Part shown: piece by piece, positions 34,201-42,575 of the stretch | Position numbering within the stretch: position 1 is the stretch's first letter | Layout: each line of letters opens with the position of its first letter | Source of the DNA: Chrysochromulina tobinii | Taxonomy: Eukaryota | Reading direction: 5' to 3' | Assembly (NCBI GenBank): GCA_001275005.1 | Contig: JWZX01002845.1 | Location: forward strand, 1-42,575 | Length of the DNA: 42,575 nt | Notes under the pieces: generated by a model | Told to the model about the DNA's origin: nothing | The model's database searches: none | Seen by the model: only the letters and a program-made list of their open reading frames with translations | Position numbers and translations under genes: made by a program

Positions 34201-34352
34201 ATCCAATCGGGGACGCTGCCCGGATGGCGTGTGTTCACGCCCGACTTCTGGTCCACTTTCGTCGACAGGAGGCGGCAGGTGGCAAGTGGGACCGCCTGGC
34301 GTAGGGCGGCGTGCCCACCTATGAGCTGGAAAGACCGACGGCGGACGAGCAT
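31178..34352 (-). CDS. FMN-binding glutamate synthase family protein (YerD-like, no amidotransferase domain); exons 34352-33516, 33295-33215, 33060-32899, 32619-32237, 32152-32074, 31740-31629 and 31338-31178
   Basis: RRNFPV..H.RY.LE.IRPEIQQY, SAMSYGALS, NTGEGG, ELKLSQ|GAKPGHGG, DG.EGGTGAAP, ARAFMF.LGCIQALQCNSNKCPTG (3Fe-4S cysteines). Six introns, the last GC-AG, all restore the frame. Confidence 0.92.
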
Positions 34353-35215
34353 GGTGACCTTCACGTCCGGTGTTGGCTTTGCGTTGCCGCGGAGGTGCGG
34401 AATTCTTTTCTACCACAACGGCGCTCCGTTCGCGGTAAACCCCACTCAAACAAGGGGTCACAGGCCCAGCTTAGCACCGATCGGCGCCGACAGGCACCCT
34501 GATGCACACACTCATGCTTTAAGACCGCTCGCACGCAAAGTCACCCTCAAATCGCTCAACGAGAACGCTCACGCCGCTCGCTGAGTTTCTAAATATGCCC
34601 GGTCGGCCGTCGCCCCGCCCGCGCCCCAAGCCGGCGCCCGCCATGGCGACCCAAGCATGCACCCGTCATGGCGCCCCCAGCCGGCGCCCGTCATGGCGCC
34701 CGTCGGGGTGGAACCCAAATAAGGCACCTGCGGCGACCTAGACGTCGAGCCTGCCTGCATGCACCAAGCTGCTGCCTCTCCAGGCGCGTAGTACCCGTCG
34801 CCGCTCCACGGGCCAAGGGTAGGCATGCCACACCTTGCATGTGGCCTACCACCTTGCCCCACGCCCGCCGCCGTCGCATTCCACACGTCGCCCCTCATTT
34901 CCGCCACGTCACCTCCGCCACGTAGGAGTCGCAAAGGCGGCAGGGATGCTGCTCAACGGTCGCCCCTCATCCACCCCTTCCCACGCATCGACGGTCGCCC
35001 CTCATCATCCCCCCCCCACGCACACACACACACCGTGGGCGTGCATGCGTGGAACTCCGAAGCTCGAGTCAGGAAGCTCCAAGGCGCCCAACATGGCGCC
35101 CAGCATGCACTCAGTTGCCTAATAGGGCAACATGTGCGCATGCAACTGGGAGCTCAGAAGCTCAATCGCTCAGTTCTCCCTCATCTCAGTGGCCTCATCG
35201 GGCAACCTCTCATCG

Positions 35216-35350
35216 ACGGGAGCTCACGGGAGCTCACGGGAGCTCACGGGAGCTCACGGGAGCTCACGGGAGCTCACGGGAGCTCACGGGAGCTCACGGG
35301 AGCACATGGGAGCTCACGGGAGCTCATCGACGGGAGCTCACGGGAGCTCA
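35216..35350. repeat. 10-bp tandem array (gggagctcac)n starting at the TPR-CHAT stop codon
   Basis: About 12 units; on the gene's sense strand the unit is TGAgctcccg. Confidence 0.93.
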
Positions 35351-38300
35351 GAGGCCTTTCGCCGCGCCGATGAGGGCGAACCCGGCCCAAAAGGCGGGGT
35401 GGGCCCACTTGCCGCCGTCCGCCTGGCGCGTGGCGAGCATCGCCTGGCGCAGCGCCTCGGCCTGCGAGATCGGCGGGCCGGGCTTCGTCAGCGCCTCGTA
35501 GAAGGCGGCGAAGAGCGTCGTCGCGGGCGCGTCGGCGACCTCGTGCATCGCGCCCACGACGGCGCGCGCCCCCGCGCACAGGAGCGCGCGCGGGAGGCCG
35601 AGGGCGCCGTCGTGGGAGATGGAGCCATAGCCCGAGTGCGAGCCAGCCAGGACGACTGTGGGGAATCCCTTGAGGGGCCGATCCGAGAGCGCATCCACCA
35701 CGATCAACCCGTCGCCCAACGGCCCCAACTGCTGCGCGCGCTCCACCAGCGCCGTCGCGGGCGCGGCCTCGGCCATGATCTGTTCGGCCTCCTCGAGCTG
35801 TCCCTTCACCTGATGAGGGACGCAATCAGTGGTCATCAGTGGTCATCAGTGGTCATCAGTGGTCATCAGTGGTCATCAGCCCACAGCGCTCGAGCTGTCC
35901 CCTCACCTGCCGCCCAATGGAAAGGCCATCAGAGAGAGGCCATCAGAGAGAGGTCATCAAAAAGAGGCCATCAGGCTCGAGGGGCGCATTCACACCTCCT
36001 CAGAGTCAGCGCTGAGTTCTCCGCGCTCCACCGCCATCATCATCTCCCGCGCCACCTGCTGCGCCTCGAGCGCGGCGTTGGCCATCGTCTTGGAGGACTC
36101 ACCGACCATTGGCGTGAGCGCAAGCACCCGGGGGCGCGCGTGGCTCGCGATGTGCACGAGGCGGCGACGGCCGCCGAGAGCCAAGCCCACCGCGTACCCG
36201 GTCGCCTCCTCGCCCGTGAGCGCCGTATCGGGCGCCATTCCGAGAAGGGTCGCCACTTTGGTCGCCTCAACCAGAGCGCCCTGCGCGCACACCATCAGCC
36301 CAATCTCAGCCCAATCTCAGCCGAATCTCAAACTCAGACGGATCTCAGCCCAATCTCAGCCCAATCTCAGCCCGATCTCAGCCCAATCTCAGCCCAATCT
36401 CAGCCCAATCTCAGCAGGTGCTGTCAGGGAGGCCATCAGTGAGGCCATCAGAGAGTGACGTACCGGCAGATCGGGCAGCTCATACGAAGGCGAAGGGATT
36501 GCCCCACCGACGACGAGAGATTCGTCAAGGGGCGCTGGCGCTGTGTCGGCCGCTGCCAGCGCGGCCCGATGCACCAGATGTCGGTAGACCGTCAGGGAGG
36601 GTGCGAAACTGATCGGATGCACGTCGACGAGGCACGCGCCTGTGCGAACGCTCGAGGGAGTCGCCGACGCCGGGTGCGCCGCAGGCAAGGGCAGGGCGCA
36701 AAAGGGCACCCATTGGAGGGAGAGGTGCGTGATGATCAACAGGGGCGTCTCGGGCGTCAGGAGCGCCGCCGCGGGCGCGAGGAGCAAGTCCGACATCATC
36801 GTGAGCTCAGAAGTGACATTCACACCCGGGGCATACGGGTCGGGCTCGGCGCCTTGCCCTCGCTCGGCGAGCTCTTCCTTGCGCGCGCCGTGCACCTCCT
36901 CCTTCTCCGGCGGTCCACGTACCTGTGGGGAAGGGAGCAGGGCGCTCAGGGACTCATTCGGGACTCATTCGGGGCTCATAGGTGCTCATTAGGGGCTCAT
37001 AAAGGGCTCATTCGGGCTGTCCGCGTACCAGATGCCCCTCAAAGGAGAGAGAGACTTTGGTCAGGTAGTCGGAGAGGAGCGACGAGAACGAGCGCCCATC
37101 CTTCGCACGAGCCGGGGTCCGGTGGAGCAGCACGCACTTGCCCTCGCCGTCGAGCACCCACAAGATGATCTCGTCATCAGGCGGCTCCGGCTCCGCCTCG
37201 GCGGCATCGGCCTCAGCGAGGCGCTGCATGGACGCGTCGCCCTGGGCACCGGGCGGCGGCTTGGGCGTCGTCTTGGGCGGCGTGGCATCGCGGTCCGCCT
37301 CGAGCAACGCATAGTACAGGCACATGCCCGGCGACTTGGCGCCACTCTTGCCCGAGATCTCGCCGAGATGCGAGAGCGCCTCCGACACGTGCTCGGGCGT
37401 CGAGATGAGCGCCGGGCCCGCCGGCACAGACGGCGTGGCGCCGGGCGCCGTGCCGGGCGCGTCCTCCTCGACCTCCTCGAGGGCGTCCGAGACGTTATCG
37501 CCATACTTGACGCGAGATTCGGTCGAGGTCGCGCCGAGATTGCGGATCGGGTTGTCCGCGAGCAGGTGTCGCAAGGTCACGCACCTGCCCGCCTCGGCAG
37601 CGAGAAGCGAGGGCAGAGAATGCTGCGGCTGCAGCGCGATCAGGCTGGCCACGAGGAGCGAGGTGGTGTCTGCGTGCTCGTCGAAGAATTGGAGGCTCTC
37701 GGGGTCGTCACCTGCAATCAGTGGTAATTCAGTGGTCATCAGTGGTCATTAGTGGAAAGCAGTGGTCATCAGCGCCCATCAGTGGTCATCAGTGGTCATC
37801 AGCGCAGTCCAGCGCCATCAGTGGCACTCACCGCCTGCCTCGCCCGCGACGACGCGCTCCTTGTGCGTCTCATGCAGCGACTCAGCGAGAACGGTCCAGA
37901 CACTGGCGGACTGGAGGAGGCACGGGAGGGCCTTGGACCACTCCTTTTGCTGCACGAAGACGGCTCCGAGGCGCGTGTTGCACTCGCCCTTGGCTTCGTC
38001 ATCGTCGAGCTCCGAGGCGATCGCGAGCGCCCGCTGCAGCGCGACGACCGCCTCGTCGAGCGAGCCGCTGCGAGATTGGGAGATAATGGGAGATGAGGGG
38101 AGATAAGGGGAGATAAGGGGAAATTAGGTGAGATTTGGGGAGATTGGAGAGGTGGAGAGGGGAGAGCCAGAGAGCCAGAGAAGGAGAGGGACGGGGGCGG
38201 GGCGGGGGCGGGGCGGGGGAGGGGCTGCTGGCGTGGGAAAGAGCTCCACCCCAGCCATGCGCACCGGAGGCGGAGAGTCATCGCCAGATCAAGGTTGCCA

Positions 38301-40138
38301 CGTCCTTCCATGAAAACGTCCTTCAGAGCCGCCGCCTGATCCACCGCCTGCTGCTGGTGACTCACTGCCGGCTCGAGGTCGCCGAGCAGCCGGTAGACGA
38401 AGCTGAGATTGCCGTGAGCTCGCATCTCGCGCTCGCCGTCGTTGGTCGCGTGCGCGAGGTCGAGTACCGCTCGGTACAGCGCGAGTGCGCCATGTGCGTC
38501 GCCGAGCTGCAGCTTCACCTACACTCGTGGGCACACGCACGCACACTCAGGCGCACTCAGGCGCACTCAGGCGCACTCAGACGCACTCAGGCGCAAGCAC
38601 GGGAAGCATCAGCACTCATCCGTCGCAATCAAGGGCCATCATCCTTCGCAATCAAGGGCATCATCACCTGCGCGAGATCGGACGAGGCGCAATCAAGGGC
38701 CATCATCCATCACAATCAAGGGCATCATCATCACCTGCGCGAGATCGGACGAGGCGCGTGCTTGCCATTTGGAGCGGACTGCGCCCTCGGGCAGCTTCTC
38801 CATCGCCCGCTGCAGCGCGGCCTCGAGCACCTGATGAGGGAGGCAATCCAGAAGTGCTCAGCGGCAGTCCGACGCACGATGTCCTAATTAGGGATATGTC
38901 CTAATAGGGGTATGTCCTAATTAGGGAGATCAAGAGACAATCGGAGAGACCATCTTGGACGCTCGAGATGGCGCGCGGGCGTCGTCCCGGGTACGTACCT
39001 CCTTCGCCTCCTCGTGCTGCTCGAGCTGCGCGCGGCAGCTCGCCTCCGAGATTAAGTCCGAGATCACGGCCTCGTCATCAGGCGGCTCGAGGGACTCATG
39101 CACCTGAGGACACAGGCGCAATCAGGCGAGATTAAGTCCGAGATCACGGCCTCATCATCAGGCGGCTCGAGGTGTTCCCGAGCACAGGCGCAATCAGTGC
39201 CCATCAGTGCCCATCAGTGCCCATCAGTGCCCATCAGTGCCCATCAGTGCCCATCAGTGCCCATCAGTGCCCATCAGTGCCCATCAGTGGCCATCAGTGG
39301 CAAATTGCGATGGCCATCACCGATGGCTCAGAGCGGCGCACATCTGCGGTGGCTATCAGCGGTGGGCATCAGCGGTCATCAGCGGTCGTCAGCGGCCATC
39401 AGCGGCCATCAGCGGTCACAGCGGCCATCAGCGGCCATCAGCGGTCATCAGCGGCCATCAGCGGCCATCAGCGGTCATCAGCGGCCGTCAGCGCACCATC
39501 CGCAGCTGATGGAGAGCGGCCACCGCCTTGTCGAGGGCGCCCAGCTCCGAATGGCACCAGACGAGGCTCTCAAGGACCTCGATCTCGGCGGCGGGCGTCT
39601 CGGCCAGCCGCAGCGCCGAATCGTAGCAGCGCGACGCCTCGAAGAGTGACCCGAGCATCACCATCGATGTCCCCATGTTCTGAAGCGCGGTGCACTCCTG
39701 TTGCCTGTCACCTGCCTGGTGGGCGGCCTCGGCGAGGTAGTAGAACTTCTCGCCCGCGTCGTCATACGCGCCTGCCTCGAAGAGCTCGACCGCCTCCTTT
39801 TGGATCGCGTCCGTGAGTGGGTTGCCCTGCTTCTCGAGCTTGAACGACGGCTTCGCTGCCACCGCCTCCTCGTCCACGTAGCCAGTGTCTTCGACCGCAG
39901 CAGCGCCCCCGCCGGCGGCCGGCGCCACCGCGGCGCCCCCGCCGACACCACCCGCGTTTGGCATCGCATCCTCCTCCTTCTTCTTGCCACCCCTGTTGGC
40001 TCGGCGCGAGAAGGAGTTGGAGCGCTTCGTCGGCTTCTTGGCCGCCGCCTCCTCGGGGTCAGGCGCAGTCATCGTCGGCTTCTCAGCAGCCGGCGTCTCG
40101 TCGGGCGTCATGTCGATGGCATTCAGCGTCGACGACAT
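35348..40138 (-). CDS. TPR + CHAT (caspase-like) domain protein, TTC28-like; exons 40138-39497, 39103-38999, 38830-38735, 38518-38265, 38067-37832, 37711-37029, 36922-36464, 36280-35996 and 35809-35348
   Basis: TPR helices (ALQNMG, AHGNL..VY..LG). CHAT motifs AEAGR, L..VPF.AL, S.APSL, LP|GA..E, LTG.EAT, VHIASH, GL.RA.L.AGA..V, AEALRQAM, HP.FWAGF.LIG. Eight GT-AG introns restore the frame. Confidence 0.88.
36295..36415. repeat. Intronic 11-bp array (cagcccaatct)n
   Basis: Tandem array inside intron 36281-36463. Confidence 0.9.
39193..39490. repeat. Intronic 10-bp arrays (cagtgcccat)n and (cagcggccat)n
   Basis: Tandem arrays inside intron 39104-39496. Confidence 0.92.
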
Positions 40139-40480
40139 CGCGAGCGCGGTCCGTGCCTATATCTCGATGTCGCGGCGCGAGTGTCCGCGACGCAAACGTC
40201 GGCGCTTCGCTGCGATGGTCGGGCGACGGCCGTTGCCTCTGAGCGCTGCGTTGAGCGTTTATGGAGCTCAATGTAAGGTTAGGTCTGTTGTGTGTGCATT
40301 CTCCGTCACACGCGAGACACAAGACAGCCGCAATGCACAAATCTCAAATGAAGAGAGAGCAGGGGAGGATGCGGCCTATTCCGGCACTTGAAGATAGTGC
40401 CGCTACACGCACATCGCGTCTTCGCCTCATGGAGCCTTCTAATTGGCGCCCGGAACGGCGCCCGGAACATGCTCTCTAAC

Positions 40481-42536
40481 TCAGTCCGCCTTCTTCTTGG
40501 CGCCTGCCACGGCGGCGCCACCGCCGGCCGCACTAAGGTCAATGTCTTCGAGGGCGACCCCTTTGGTCTCCGGTAGGCACCCGAAGACGAGGGCCCACGC
40601 CAACACGCACACCGACGCGAACCCAAACAGGATCGGCTGCATGCCGAAGCGCGCGCTCGCAATCGGAAAGAGCGCCGCCACGAGCATGTTGGAGAGCCAT
40701 TGCACCGTGGTCGTGGCCGACACACCGGCGGCACGCACCTGTGCCATTATGAGGAGGACCCCATCAGAGGCCATCAGAGGCCATCAGAGGCCATCAGAGG
40801 CCATCAGAGGCCCTATCAGAGGCCATCAGAGCCCCTATCAGAGGCCATCAGAGCCCATCAAAGGTCATCAGAGCCCATCAGAGCCATCGGAGAGTCAGTG
40901 CACGATCGAGGCCGCTGAAATGCCCGCGTACCGCTGTGGGGAAGAGCTCCGCGGCAAGGGATTCATCAGGGATTCATTAGGGACTCATAAGGGACTCATT
41001 AGGGCGGTCCGCGTACCGCTGTGGGGAAGAGCTCCGCGGCAAGGATGTTGGGGAGCGGCCCCAGGGACATACCAAAGAACACCCCAAATAAGGTAATGGC
41101 GGCCGTCGCTGCTGCTGCTGAGAGAGCCGAAGGCGCCGTGCCGAGCGCCGTGCCGGCGGCGGCAGCGGCGGCGGGAGCACCGACAGTGAGGGCGAGTACT
41201 CCGAGGCAGATGGCAAGGGGCGGTATGAAGTGGAGGAGCATCCAGCGACGTCCTTTGCGATCGATCAGATAGGAGGCGAGGAGGACGGACGGGATCTTGG
41301 GAAGGTAGGTCAGTACCTGCCATCGGGAGTGGCCAGGCATCGGGTTACGTCATTTGGAGTGGCCATGCATCACGATCAGAGGGCCCTCAGAGGGCCCTCA
41401 GAGGGCCCTCAGAGGGCCCTCAGAGGGCAATCAGAGGGCAGCTGTGATGGCGTTCATTACCGTCGCCAGCATCGCCGCCACGTCTGGTTGAGTGACGCCG
41501 AGCGCCGTGAACATGGCGGGCGCCCCGGCCTTCTTGAGGATTGAGGGTGTGAAGTACACGATCGCGTTCACGCCGCAGAACTGCTGGCAGAGCTGGAGGG
41601 CCGAGCACACAAGGAGAGCGCGGCGCGTGCGACGACTCTGCCAGAGCAAACGGAGCGTCGTCGCGGGCGAAGCGTTGTCCTGAGCACGGGCCACGCCGCC
41701 GGCGCCGTCGCGGGCGCCGCCACCAGCGGCAGTCTCCTTGGCAAGACCGTCCTGGATCGAGCGCAGCTCGTCCTCCACCTGTGGGGATCGAAGACGCTCG
41801 AGGGCAATCAAGGGTGATCAAGGGTGATCAAGGGTGATCAAGGGTGATCAAAGGTGATCCAATCGTAAGGCTCAACCACCTCCATGTGCCCACGAAGACG
41901 CTCGAGGGCCACCCTCGCACCGGCTTCGTCATTTCGCTTCGAGAGGAGCCAGCGTGGAGATTCCGGAAGGCTGAGGACGACGAGGGCCTGGAAGAGCGCG
42001 GGCACGAGCGAAAGGCCGAGCATCACGCGCCACGAGTGCCCGAGCACCAGGCCACCGAGCCCCACGAGGTACGAGAGCAGAATGCCGGACGAGACGCACA
42101 GCTGCGGGAGCGTGCTCAGGGCGCCTCGCTGCGCCGGCTCGGCGCACTCGGCGATGTAGGTGGGCACGGCGGAGGAGACGATGCCTGCGGCGAGGCCGAC
42201 GGTCATGCGCCCGGCCACGAGCACCTCGCTCCCCGGAGACCATGCCATCAGCAGCCCGCCAAGCACGAAGCAGGCCGACGAGAGCACAAGCGTTCGCTTC
42301 CGGCCGACCCAGTCGCAGAGCTTTCCCGAGCAGGCGGTGCCCACGACCGCACCCATCGTGGTCGACGACGCGATCAGCCCCGTCACCGCCGGTCGCGCCG
42401 CCAGCCCAAACTCGCTGCTGATGCCCAGAAGCGCGCCCGCGATCACGCCCGTGTTGAAGCCCTGGAGCAGCGAGCCGAGCGCGGCGCCCGCCGCGACCTG
42501 CAGCCCGGCGCGCTTGCGGCTGCTTGGTACTACCAT
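40481..42536 (-). CDS. MFS sugar porter (inositol/tonoplast monosaccharide transporter-like); exons 42536-41880, 41778-41461, 41316-41017 and 40738-40481
   Basis: G.NTGVIAGA, D.VGRK, GR..VG.A.G, P.YIAE.A....RG, PESPRWL, QQFCGVNAI.YF, DR.GRR, AELFPT.|VR, PETKG..LE. Introns at 41879-41779, 41460-41317 and 41016-40739. Confidence 0.93.
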
Positions 42537-42575
42537 CGCTGTCGTCGCCCTGCGCCCAGCTGACGGCAGCGCTGC

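Noticed and set aside
34569..35210. GC-rich spacer with duplicated gccggcgcccg(c/t)catggcg and several ORFs; considered as a Helitron end or small gene
   Set aside because: No convincing hairpin-plus-CTRR terminus, protein motif or splice pattern was found.
35132..36442. 436-aa plus-strand ORF and similar ORFs with SSVVISGHQ/AHQCPSVPIS repeats (e.g. 39098-39649, 33174-33869)
   Set aside because: They are translations of intronic or UTR minisatellites antisense to real genes.

Overview
GC-rich, gene-dense eukaryotic nuclear DNA, most likely a haptophyte alga of the Chrysochromulina type. This is an inference from the fucoxanthin-chlorophyll antenna gene with a bipartite AA|F presequence, the VNAV-type NACHT-LRR gene, and the short repeat-filled GT/GC-AG introns. 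About 15 protein genes could be reconstructed by hand, most with splice sites: a GH27 fragment joined to a C1orf74/DUF4504 fragment, a GNAT, a GT8, a GT25, an EF-hand protein, a 2OG-Fe(II) oxygenase, an LHC, an MTA/SAH nucleosidase fusion, an FkbM methyltransferase, CFAP96, WDR90, a giant NLR-like gene, an FMN-binding glutamate synthase-like protein, a TPR-CHAT protein and an MFS sugar porter. Two systems stand out. (1) A ~2,200-codon NLR-like receptor with the order NUDIX-like, APH-type kinase (a HET-like domain nested inside it and an RRM nested inside that), NACHT and hypervariable 28-aa LRRs. It carries two frameshifts, and a decayed inverted LRR cassette lies just downstream. (2) A pervasive intron architecture: unrelated genes share near-identical 18-nt acceptor ends, many introns are filled with sense-oriented minisatellites of branch-point-like YTRAY words, and many carry 10-46 nt copies of the adjacent exon or splice site. 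Similar duplications occur at three stop codons. All family assignments are by motif recognition only; no database search was run.
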